Assembly (NCBI GenBank): GCA_038496445.1
Contig: JALMLS010000022.1
Span: 1 to 64,000 of the forward strand
Reading direction: 5' to 3'
Origin: Trichosphaerium sp. ATCC 40318
Lineage: Eukaryota > Protista > Tubulinea
DNA length: 64,000 bases
Part shown: positions 37,962 through 49,387 of the stretch, one piece after another
How positions within the stretch are numbered: the first letter of the stretch is position 1
Layout of the letters: each line of letters starts with the position of its first letter
Position numbers and translations under genes: made by a program
Notes under the pieces: generated by a model
The model's database searches: none
Told to the model about the DNA's origin: nothing
Seen by the model: only the letters and a program-made list of their open reading frames with translations

Positions 37962-38855
37962 ATGTCAGTTAAAGGTTCAACCTCAGAATTAGCAAATTCA
38001 CAACAATCCTTGGTGTCAATACCTGTTGAGATTCTTTTGATTATTATCGTGAGAAATGGGATGACATGGCAAGATTTGGCTTCGCTACAACAATCAAACC
38101 ATTTTCTGGACGATATGATACGAAACAACTCAGATTATATTTATCGAGGCTTGTACCATCGTAAATGGGGTAAGGGCGCTGAAGAAATAGAGTCTGCTAT
38201 CCACGTGATTATTCAGAAACATTTATTGAAGCACAAACCCGAAGCACCACCTACTGCATACAAATTAGAACCAATCACGTGGAAAGAAAAGTACAGAAAC
38301 AAGCTTGTTCCAAACATCATTGCTGAGTTGACTTGTGATAAAACACATGTACATAACGGTGATACTATATTATTCACACTCAAACTAGAAAATGTTGGTA
38401 ACAATCTGGAGGACATACAGTCCACAGGTATTGAAGGAGGTTATGGTTTATATGTATGGAATCCTAGAGTAACAGTTCCTGGTGGTCATCTAGGCAATTA
38501 TAGAACCATTCACTTCAACGCAATAGGGCTACAGGACTCAGATCTTACACTTAACCCTGGCGATGTACACACATACAAAGTACCTTTCTGTTTTGGTATG
38601 TCAGGTCCAAACCCAACTGGTATGTCCTTGCATGATCCTAGGTCACAAGAGGATTGTCAACCTCCTGAAATGTTATCTCTTCATAGTAAAAGCATAGAAG
38701 TACGTGTTGCTGATTCTTCAACACCACATGTATTTCAGCTTCAAGCGTTTTTTCAACTTCACATTTTAAGGAAAAAACGTGAGGAGATGTCAGGCCATTG
38801 TTCTTATCTTATTAGTAATATTGTAAATCTTACCATGTACAAGCAAAAACAATAA
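37962..38855 (+). CDS. Intronless F-box protein with C-terminal beta-sandwich (Ig-like) domain
   Basis: LVSIPVEILLIII...TWQDLASLQQSNHFL (F-box), TWKEKY linker, then ELTCDKTHVHNGDTILFTLKLENVG...LTLNPGD (Ig-like pattern). Confidence 0.8.
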   Translation: MSVKGSTSELANSQQSLVSIPVEILLIIIVRNGMTWQDLASLQQSNHFLDDMIRNNSDYIYRGLYHRKWGKGAEEIESAIHVIIQKHLLKHKPEAPPTAYKLEPITWKEKYRNKLVPNIIAELTCDKTHVHNGDTILFTLKLENVGNNLEDIQSTGIEGGYGLYVWNPRVTVPGGHLGNYRTIHFNAIGLQDSDLTLNPGDVHTYKVPFCFGMSGPNPTGMSLHDPRSQEDCQPPEMLSLHSKSIEVRVADSSTPHVFQLQAFFQLHILRKKREEMSGHCSYLISNIVNLTMYKQKQ

Positions 38856-41301
38856 ACTACGACAGAGTTCGCTCATTCTATTGAAGAAGTATTCACAGAT
38901 TAAAACTTCAAAGACACATGGTATTACACAAAGCAAATCCTTATCTGGATCGTTTTGGTACTTAATGAGCATGTTTAGTTTATCGTTTGTTGACGGTGGC
39001 TTAGATCAAAGGACTCTTTTACGCATTGAATTTCCTGATTGTTGAATGCTTTTTTGCAATGTAGGCTTTGTTGTATTCTGCGTGCTTATGGGCTCGTTAA
39101 CGTTTCAAATTGTAGCTGTAAGTGTGATAGACTGAAAAGAGACCAGCGAAGAATACAAAGCGTTTCATCGTTGATGTGGGGACGTTTTTTAACTTTTTAC
39201 GGAGACTTAATTTACTATTTCTGAATGTGCTCCTTATTTATGTATTATTCAAAGAACTCTTTGCTTTTTTGGTTAGCTAGTCGACATCAATTGTCTCCCC
39301 TAGAGGGCACAACACCTTCCTTGTGAAACAGGTGGATATTCCGCTTTTTATGACAAGAAAACTTACTTTTGTATGTGTTGCCCTGAAAAAAGCTAGCGCA
39401 ATTGGAAATTTTCACAGGGTTTGTGAGCCCAGGTAGCACTTCTAGAGTACGCAGGCTAGCCTTGATATATCATGTTAGTACTTTGTGTAACGCACAAAGC
39501 TCTGTTTCTCATTCGTGGTGGATTGGTGTCGATGAAAGTTCGAATAAGTTGGAGTACTTGGTGATTGTAAGGTAAGAAATTGGTGCTACCACTCTAAATC
39601 ACGTGTTGCTTGTTAGCAGCAATATTTATAAATCAGTGTAAAGAGTACATGTCATCACTATGTACGACCCTATTCAAGTGATCTCAGGCTAACGAGATCA
39701 ATTCTATTCTAGTCAGTATCCTCTAAACAACACGACAAATTCTAAAACTTTGCAGTTTTTATTTTAACACCTGAGTTTCAGTGTTCAATAAGTCTTTAAC
39801 GCACATTAGAATTACAGTTTACAATGTGCTTGATAGAGATTAATTCTATCATCTCAAAATCTGCCTTCAGCTTGTAAAGGATTAAAACGCATTTATAATC
39901 TAAGGCTAGCAACAGCAAATATTGAACCTTTGAACAGGAATACTTTCTGCTACGTCACTTTGTAGTCGCTGTGATTATTGAACAAAGTGTTGTAAGAACT
40001 ATTTCGTGATTCGTCACATCCATTTATTGCAGTGGGCGTGTATAATTGAAATATTAGTGCTCGCTGGATGAAAAAAATCGGATGTTCGCTATTGGCAAAG
40101 TTAGGTTCTGTAGTAATCTCTTGTGATATGTACTTTAGTGTTAGTAGTTTCTCTTGTTGCGTAGGAAAATTAACAAACACCTTCCAGGTGGCATCATCAA
40201 TGAAGATACGTTAGTCCTCCTCAAGTTATACATGCTAGTTGCTAAATCAAAAAGTGTTGCACAGCTAGTTAGCTAATTTTTTCTGACCTATAACTTCAGT
40301 ATGCCTCTATTTTCTACCGACCATCTATTACCCGCTGTGGTCGGTATTAACAATGAAGAAAGATGTGAGGACGGGAACATAAAAACAGTTTATGTTGAGA
40401 GGAACAGTTAAAGTGTCTATCAGGTATGAGAGCGACTGTGTTGTTTAGCAAGCACTATCTTCTGAATCACATGTTTTTATCACTGATTCATTGTTGTTGT
40501 GCGGTACAGCTAATATACAACTACAGTGGTTTCTCTCAAGAGGGAAAAAGTATTTTTCTTTTAAAACTTCATACTGCATCTTGTGATACTGCAAACAAAA
40601 GATCGCTCTTACAGTGAGAGCGATGTTAGGCAGTCTTAAAATATAACTACAAATACTGCAATGTAAATTGAACATAGGGCACTTCTTAACACCCAGGGGC
40701 ACTGATACCGGGTTGCAAATACTGCAATCCTACATGTGGAATATTTAGTGCACTTGGACTTGGACTGAGGATGGTACTACAAGAAAAAGTGTGGCGTAGA
40801 ACCTTTTTGCAATCTTGTTTATTTGGGTTTTGAGAAAAGCTCCCTTTACTTTGAGATTCTATTGTTCTCAAATTTTTGTTACCAACAGTTAAACAGACAC
40901 AGTTCATAGAAGTTATTCGGGTCGGCAGAAGAGCGAAATTATTTGTAAAATCAATAGTTCATTGAACATATTGAATAGACTAAAACACGCCAAAAACAAG
41001 CTCAAAACTCTTCCACGTGTTCGGATTTAAATAGTTAACAATATTGAGATATTTTTAATACTGTGTATCACATTACCAATGGACTTGGGCTTTTTTATTT
41101 TTTCTTGAAAAAACCCGACACAAGCTGTTTATTACACAGCATTTATTTATTCTGCTTTCTTTTTTTCGCTAGCGCGAGAATTGTTTCTTTTTTCGCTTTT
41201 TTTTGGTGCACACGTGCTTTTAAGTCAACATTGTTGACCATTTACCAATAACCTTCAAACAACAAACAACAGTTCTACTTTACGTACAAGCCCCTCCACT
41301 C

Positions 41302-42048
41302 ATGAACTATTCATCGATTCTACTCTATCTCTGCTTTTCATTAGCACTGGCCTTCAACTACAAAGCCGTTACTATCAACGCTCACAACACTTGTTCTGGC
41401 TGTCGTAAAGACATGCATGCCGGTCAATTTGTGTACTGCGATGGTTCTGTTCCCGGATCAACAGTAACACACTGCAGTTGGGTTGGCGGTTCTGGAGAAT
41501 GTTCCTTCCCTCGAGATACCTCAGTTACAAAAGCTCAATGCGAACAACTATGTAATGCAGACGACCGCTGTAATTACTACACATCCTACTACGGCAGTGT
41601 ATGCAACCTATTCTACATGACCAGCTGTTCGAACACTAACAGTCAAGCACCCGGAGATACATACGCGAAGGTTACTAGCGAGAACACAATGATAATGACA
41701 AAGACAAAGAGCGGCCAATACCATGGAACAAATGCTCCAATTAAGTACCGATACGCTTACACTGATGGAACCTATTCTCCTTACAGCGCTGCTCTTGAAG
41801 ATCCCCGAGTCAACGAGTTCCAATCAGGTGCTGTTGATGCATTCTACATGGTCGCACCTGCAAAGAACAAAGACAAGACACTTCAAGGTGTTGAGATGAA
41901 AATATTCGCTAACGATGGCTGGGAGTTCTCCGAAGTACAAATCTTTAACTCTTTTCATTTCTGTTGGAAAGGCGATGCTGCTATCCACCCTCTTACTACT
42001 GCAAGTGTTGTACTGCCTCTCAATGGCGATTGTAATGCCTGTACCTAA
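41302..42048 (+). CDS. Intronless secreted protein with PAN/apple-like and PLAT/LH2 domains
   Basis: Signal peptide; TKAQCEQLCNADDRCNYYTSY..VCNLF (PAN); TKSGQYHGTNAPI...NEFQSGAVDAF...DGWEFSEVQI (PLAT); AATAAA downstream. Confidence 0.85.
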   Translation: MNYSSILLYLCFSLALAFNYKAVTINAHNTCSGCRKDMHAGQFVYCDGSVPGSTVTHCSWVGGSGECSFPRDTSVTKAQCEQLCNADDRCNYYTSYYGSVCNLFYMTSCSNTNSQAPGDTYAKVTSENTMIMTKTKSGQYHGTNAPIKYRYAYTDGTYSPYSAALEDPRVNEFQSGAVDAFYMVAPAKNKDKTLQGVEMKIFANDGWEFSEVQIFNSFHFCWKGDAAIHPLTTASVVLPLNGDCNACT

Positions 42049-42536
42049 GCGCATATATCGCTAAAGTGCTTTAATAAAGCCCCCTTCACATTCCATGTTT
42101 TTTGTTAACAATTAGAATTTCGTGTCAAACTGAAGTCACGTGATTGTTTTGAGAATTGACAACAAAATTACTTAGATGCGTGGCAAGTCTGTATGTATTA
42201 GTTTTAATGAGGCTTTTACGATGCATCAAGTTATAGAGTCTGATATCAACATTCTTTTCGCTGGATTAAATACTCAATCGCTTTATCAAACAGTAGACGT
42301 TTTGAATGTGTTTCAAACATTATTTTTGAATCGCATTTGTGTACATTTCATTCATTACTTAAACGTACAAATAGTCAACATCAAACATCACTACAGCCAT
42401 TTTACTATATTCAGCCATTGCCAAATAATTACGGAATTAAGGCTTGTTGTTGTAAAGCTTTGTGATCATAAATTAGTTTGAAGATTTTTGGCTCGTTTTT
42501 TATCATATAGTTTTTGGCGTTGTTTCAGAGGCATCA

Positions 42537-43365
42537 TCATGCCGTAAACATGTAATTGAACACAGGTCCTTCTTTGCCAATATTACAATCCTTTACCAGT
42601 ATACTATCATCCAACTTCTTTCCATGTAAAATAATGTGTACCTTTGATGTTTCTAAAGGTTTGTCAAGATGAGTCGCTAGTTTTTCTTTAACAACTGACA
42701 TCTCATCTGAAGGTTCAACATCAAGTACATTTATACCACCAGTAAACTGATTCTTCATTATTATTTGTGTTCTATTTTCTCTGTAAAGAGACAGAATAGC
42801 ACCACTTGAAACGCCACATTCTGATAAAGTGCACGTGTCTTCTTTGTTCTCTATTTCTTTAATACGTTGCTGGTACTCTGGTATTTTCTTCTGTATCATT
42901 ATACATCTCTTTAGATGTGATTTAGTATCAGAAAGAGAAACATTATCGACTTCGAAAGTCACGCCAGTATCAAGAATTTCAATGCGAAGAAAAAACTCTT
43001 TTGACTTTATGACCTTTTTAGGTTGTTTACCATCTTTTTTACATTTCTTTTTCTGAAGGCGCAGTGTGGATGCGTCAGAGATATTGTACTGTTTAAGGGA
43101 GTGAGGGTCTTTAAGAATAATGTTTGTGTAAGAAAGCTGTACTTCTTCGCTTGGAGCGTCTATACACATAAGTATCTCAACGGTTTGGCGATCTATTTCT
43201 ATTTTTGCTACAATTTACCACAACCTATGTTTTAACGCGTTTTTACTGTATTCTACGCGTACCAGGGTGCTTTTGGATCATTTCCATCACTTTGTAAATT
43301 GTATCATTTTCGCTACAGTCCAAACTTATTGTTTTGCCTGTCAGTGTTACTATAAAGAGCTGCAT
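42537..43365 (-). CDS. Protein of three diverged ubiquitin-like domains; 2 exons
   Basis: Exon 1 MQLFIVTLTGKTISLDCSENDTIYKVMEMIQKHP; intron about 43263-43212; then ..SLKQYNISDASTLRL, IPEYQQRI..TLSECGVSSGAILSL, LDVEPSDEM..VKEKL..IILHGKKLDD. No di-Gly motifs. Confidence 0.9.
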
Positions 43366-43472
43366 TACGATTATGAAGGGTGTTCAACTGCATGTAGACG
43401 AAGGTTGACTATTGCTGTCACATTGTCACTTCCAACTCGTACAAATGCCACGGAAGGTGGTGTTACGCTTCA

Positions 43473-46308
43473 ATGCACGCTTTAAATAAACTTGCACGAA
43501 AGGTGGACGTCAAAGTTTTAGATGACTGGTACAAACCTTCCTCTGTCAGTTTACTACGAGCTCGGCGTAAACAACGCCTGAAAAGGTATTCTTAACGCCG
43601 TTGATTAATTGGTAATTTACCATCGCGCATCAACACTCTAATTAGTCATTTCTTACCATTTTGGTGTAGTTTTGGAGCGCTGTATGCCTTTTTACGCAAA
43701 GTTTATCCAAAACACGATTGGAAGCCGTGGTTATTCGGGTACATGCCAAACAATAACAACGCGGAGGTTCTAGGCGTTTATCCTTTTTTTTGAACCGCCT
43801 GACTTCAAATTCGCTTTATTTGTGCTCACTAGGGTATAGACGCGCACCAGATGGTTTCTACAATAGCAAAAGGAATCAAAGACGTACTTTTGATGCCATG
43901 GGAGAGGCAATTGGTGTAAAACACATGGATGATTGGCACAGTGTAATTATTGAAGATTTTAAAGAAGCAGGCAGTTTAACGGTTATCAACACCTAGTACG
44001 TTTTTGGCAGTATTTTGCACCTGTACATAATTCAGCTTGTGTTTGGGATGCATCAATAATCGCATCACAGTCACGTGAGTGCTATAAAAAAGAAAAAGAC
44101 TATCACGTGACTGTGGAACAGATAATTTTCTTTTTGTTGTTTTTGTTTGGAATTAAATCGTTTGCTTAGCTATCAGGGATCTGCAATCAAGGCACTGCAA
44201 GGAATATATCCTGAGTATACCTTCAAGCCATGGATGTTCGCGTAAGTAGTAGGAAGACCAAAAGGGTTGTAGGCGGTATGTGAATTCACTAATAACTTAC
44301 TAGTCAAGCATATACCCATTATTGGGCTAATAAGGATAATCAGCTTGATTTTATGGAAAGCATGGGTTCTATAATGGGTTTTAAGACCGTAGAAGATTGG
44401 CATAAGGTAAAAACTAGAGATTTGAAACAGCACGGAGGCATTATGTTGATAGATATGTACGTCAAATTAACAAAAATCATTTTGCAAAGAAAGAAGTCAT
44501 CAATTCGTTAATACTAATTTATTTCAGATATGGTTCGGTGACAAATGCACTAGACGCCTTGTATCCAAAGAAAGAGGCTACCGGATGGAAATCTGCGGCG
44601 TTTGCGTAATGCTAATTGGTATTGGTGTTGTTTTCTTATTTTTTTCTTGCGGTAGAGCGAAATTCAAACAAGCCTCTATGAACATGCACTCACATGCTTT
44701 TGATGTACTTTCTAAAAAACTTAATTATAAGACTACCTCTGAATGGGCTGGAGTTGATTTTGATACATTTAAATATCATGCAGGGAAGACTCTGTTGAAT
44801 CGGTACGATTTTTTTTAATTGATTTTACAAGAATGGTTTTACCATCACCTTAACTCATTAATAATTTGTTCAACGTTGACTACATTACTTTTATATCATT
44901 TGACACATAATGTACATTTACTTTAACAATGTAAAAATGAAGGGTTGCTTTTATTATGACATTTTTAGCTTTTTTTTAATCACTTTGCTCAATGTTTTTG
45001 TTTAGATACAGTGGGTCTACTTTTTGTGTTCTTTCGAACGTTCTACCTAATTATGATTGGGAAGCGGTAGCACCACTATTTAGGTACATAATGAGATGAA
45101 TTACATATAGCAAAATGGCTGTAGAAGTTTTTTTTCGAAGCTTGCTTGAAATCTTTCACTAGTGATAACTCATTTATTTTCTTCAAAGGTCTTACGGCAA
45201 ACATTCCTACGGATATTGGAATAAACAAAAGAACCGTGTTCATTTTATAAAGAGCGTTGCTAATTCATTACAAGTTCGTGAAGCCAGTGATTGGTAAGAG
45301 AGAATCAATCGGGAATTATTATCTAATTTAGTTTGAATAGGTATCGCGTTTCTATTCACAGATTTGTTAATGCAGGCGGTTCGGGAATGCTATGGAATTT
45401 TCCTGATATACTAAGTCATGCATATCCATCTGTTAACTGGGAGTGGAAGAATTTTGGAAAGAGCTTTAAGAAAGCACAACAGCGGTACTTTTTCTCATAA
45501 TTTACCAAAATAATTATTATACGATTTGACCGTTTCTCTTGCATAGTGTAATGATAGATATGTTACGGATAATATTTCCAAAGTATCAAATTATTGAAGA
45601 ACATGTTTTACAGAATCATGAATCTACAGATGCAGCTGTAAGGTATGGAATACCTCGAAACGTTGTTCAACTTTATCTTTTTTTTTTGTTACAAGGATTT
45701 TTAACTGTACCTACCTGACAAACAATTTAGTGTTGATGTGTTCATCCCTGATCTAGATTTAGTATTCGAGTACCAAGGTACATACAATATTTGCTTATTT
45801 ATTGCTTAGTAGAGTATTAAAATACAATCCAACTGAAATTGTTTGGGTTACAAAAATTTGTTGACAATTTTTTCTTTAGGTGAGCATCATTACCATGATA
45901 TTGTATCTTTCTCCATAACAACGGCTGTACATAAAAACCGTGATGCTGAAAAAGCGCAGTTATGTAAAAATCAAGGCACGTGACATCTGATTGGATAATA
46001 AATGGCTTACCGATTAAACTAGGCTTAACTCTTATACCTGTTCCTTATTGGTGGCGTGGGGATACAGAAAGCCTTAAAGCCACAATATTGTATTATAAAC
46101 CAGACATAAATATCACCGTAAAACCTGGCGTACGATTACCACAGATGCCTAGGCTGCTAGGTCAAGTAGGACGAGGTAAGCGAAAACGTGTTCCAAAAAA
46201 ATATGTTGCAAATTTTTTGTTTCAACTGTTGATTTTTTCTTTTTAGATGCTACTAAACAAGCAACAATTATGTCACCAAATAACTACCTTGTATGCAGTA
46301 CAGGGTAG
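43473..46308 (+). CDS. Trp-rich helical-repeat protein (5 repeats) with C-terminal Vsr/DUF559/RAP-like nuclease fold; no ligase domain; about 15 exons; start uncertain
   Basis: Manual splice gives repeats (Y/F)W..K.NQ..F.......LG.K..EDW..V.......GG..L...YGS...AL..LYP...WKPW.F. These are followed by KKAQQR..IIEEH..VDVFIPDLDLVFEYQGEHHY..RDAEKAQLCKNQGLTLIPVPYWWRGDTESL, ending IMSPNNYLVCSTG*. Confidence 0.85.
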
Positions 46309-47064
46309 AGTTATTGTAAATAAATACAACTTGATCAAAGAGGTGCTAAGCTATTTTGATTTGAATTCTTTTTTGAATGTGTTTTGACAGTTATTTTGCC
46401 TTTAACACTTTTAGTTGCAGAGGTGGGTTGTGAAAAGCTACTCTGCTAGAATATGCAACCTATCCCATAGGTGTATCTGGAAACAGCGTTATTTGTTTAG
46501 TGTCTTTTCGAATCTTAAAGCACTTGCTCTACTTCAACCGTTAATTTAAGTTACTTCAGTAAACTGCTGAAAGTATCAAAGCACTTGTACATGGACTTAC
46601 TATCTTCTATGTACCTTCAACAGCCTATCAACAACACATTAGGAGGGTACCTATATGGTATTGGTAATAGCAATCTATGCTGCGGAATGTTCAAACTTGA
46701 TCAAGCACCCTTTGTTAAATGAAATAAAACTAACTGATAGGACAAAACAGTACGCAATACAAAATATAGTTCACACTTTTGGGGTTTTTTGGGTCACCCA
46801 TAAGTTGTTGGGTTACATCTTAACGCCGATAAAATTTTACCTCAGACTTTTAGCAAGTAACATAGCTGTTGTGTGCTTTCTGATAGTGTTCAAGTATACG
46901 AAGTGATCTATTTTAATGGGTTTTTTTAGCCCTTTAAGTCCCAACAATGCCAAAGCTTTTCTATAAACCCTTGTCATAAATGCGAACTTTTAGGACAATC
47001 TTACAAGTGTAATCTAACACATAAAAGCAACTCCTTGACGTAACCAACAAAAATAGAGTTAAAA

Positions 47065-48204
47065 ATGGTAGAGTGGGATTGTGGTTGTGGCATGATTATC
47101 GTCATCGCATGTGCATCTTTAATTCCAGTTTGCCTTATTATCGGTACAATACGCCTATTTACAGTCTATTTTATACTTACTATACGTGTAAAGGTATACC
47201 AATGATAGTTGTTGGAAGCTTAGGGACGAATGAAACACCATTTTATGCGTACACAAAAGATATGTTTTATCTTAATCAGAATCTTACCAAACACTTGTTT
47301 TATAGCATTCCATTATGTCCTGTGACTGGTTCTCAAATGCGTACTTATGTATCTGTTCCTTTAACATCTCAAAATGCTGTATGCCCACCAGTCACAATAA
47401 CTGGTAAAAAATTCAAAGCCGCTTTCTTGTACCCAACTACCTCTGTAGCTCAAGGTACGTTCCCACAATCACTTTAGTACGAAAGCGTTCTTTGAGTTTT
47501 TTTAAAACCGTTGCACGTGTTGCGAGGAGGTATACATGTAAAACCCACAATCACGTCGTTAGATCAAAAAACCTGTTGTATCTAATACTTTAAGTAGGAC
47601 TAATTGATTCCAATATCAATGGCATAGAGGTAAAGAATATCACGCTAAATACGGGCGGAGATAAGGCAGGTAAGCAGCCGCACCATACAAATTTGAAAAT
47701 AACATTAGTTTTTTTTTTTGCAGACTCTAAGAGAAGTGTTATCAATCAGGGAACCGAGTTCACATATATTGACTCTAGAGTGCCTGGATGTTTATCAAAG
47801 AGCTGTATTCAGGCAGCTAATCAAGATTTTGGTACTCAGTCATTCAAGTCCGAGACTTACGATGTACATTTTGTGTTTTTTTCTACGTTTCGTGCCTTTC
47901 TCACTTTATTCAGTCACCAACAAATTTCACCTTGACTGTAACAATTGTCATGGATGGTAGCCAGACTTTTCAACCTCAGATATACATGCAAATGCGCAAG
48001 ACAGGTAATGATTTGCAACATCACAAAACGATTGTCTGTTTTCTGTATACTATTTTTTCTTTGGTTTCACGCACGCTAACTTCGTTTCTTTCAGGACTTT
48101 CCGCACTTCAAATAGCTGGGATTATATTTATACTATTACCTCTGTTTTTGTTATTCGGGATTTGCTTTTTTTTCTCGTCACAAGGCTGTAATTGCGGACT
48201 GTGA
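47065..48204 (+). CDS. Two-TM membrane protein with a lumenal/extracellular loop; about 5-6 exons
   Basis: MVEWDCGCGMIIVIACASLIPVCLIIGIPMIVVG (TM1); N-x-S/T sequons; GLSALQIAGIIFILLPLFLLFGICFFF (TM2); ends CNCGL*. Confidence 0.7.
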
Positions 48205-48585
48205 GGTGTCCAACCTTTGTTGATTAATAGAACCTAATAAAATAGTCTTTTACATGTACGTTAAGTTTTATAACGTCTGTTGTACTACTGTTACATACCA
48301 TGTACATATCACGTGCTAACATAACCATTCATTGTTACAATCTATAAACAACGTACCTTCTATCTTTCGTTACTTGTATGATTGTGTTTCTTGAGAACTA
48401 CACTTCGTAAATCATTATTCTGATTGCACACGTATGAGCAACAGTATCTGCCTTTTAGGCTTTGTATCAGAGCTAATATCTTCAGTATTGCTTATGCCTT
48501 GACATAGGCTTAAACGCACAGACTCTACCACGTTTTTTTTCACGTGTTAATTTTGGGTTAAAGATTCTGCCAAACATGATCTAAG

Positions 48586-49090
48586 TGTAAGGAGTAAATA
48601 ATGTAACTTAATGTACATGAGCTCACTTAGGGCAGAATAAATTAGTTGATATCACGTGACGGTTTTAGTCTTTACATTTTGGCGACAGACGCGTAGATTT
48701 GAACCATGTCTAAACGGGGAAGTAAAAAGGAGAAGAAATCAATTTATGTACCTAAGAAAAAGCAAGATGATATTGAAAAGGAGATGTTAGAAGAGAAAGA
48801 AGTGTTTAAAAGAGAGAGGCGTTTACGAGACTAGATATAAATTGACCTCCATATTTATGGTTTAATGGTTGCTAAGGGTTTCCAATATCTCAGTCAAGTA
48901 AACAGCAAAGATAGAATTACGTGAACCAAAGAGTCATCTAAAACTGATGGAGTTCAACACTCTCACGTGAGGACACGCTCTAAAGAAAGAGGGGAGTTAT
49001 GTAAGGAGTAAATAATGTAACTTAATGTACATGAGCTCACTTAGGGCAGAATAAATTAGTTGATATCACGTGACGGTTTTAGTCTTTACA
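48586..49090 (+). mobile_element. TRIM / miniature non-autonomous LTR retrotransposon, 505 bp
   Basis: Identical 91-bp LTRs (48586-48676, 49000-49090) with TGTAA...TTACA ends and AATAAA. PBS TGGCGACAGAC.. at 48680. PPT aaagaaagaggggag at 48982-48996. 4-bp TSD TAAG at 48582-48585 and 49091-49094. Confidence 0.95.
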
Positions 49091-49387
49091 TAAGCTACTT
49101 TCTTTTCCAGTGTTGTAAGTGAACCTTCCTTTTATCAATAATCCTAGCCAATTCCATTCCTGAAATCTATTTTCTTCTGTTCCACGAAATTCGCCTGAAA
49201 ATTGCGATATTTCACACCCAAAACGTCTTTCTTCAAACGATTGGTGTAATGAAGCTTGCAATATACAAATGATCGTTCTAAAGTAAGCAATAGTACTATT
49301 TAAGCGTTCATAACAATCGTTTGCTTCAAAACAAGTATAAAGCTCCTCTACCGCGTTGAAACGCTAAGAAGATTCTAATAATACGTA

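Noticed and set aside
39400-40910. Short ORFs (e.g. 39950-40180) as a gene
   Set aside because: No consistent splice model or recognisable domain; possibly decayed coding DNA but unsupported.
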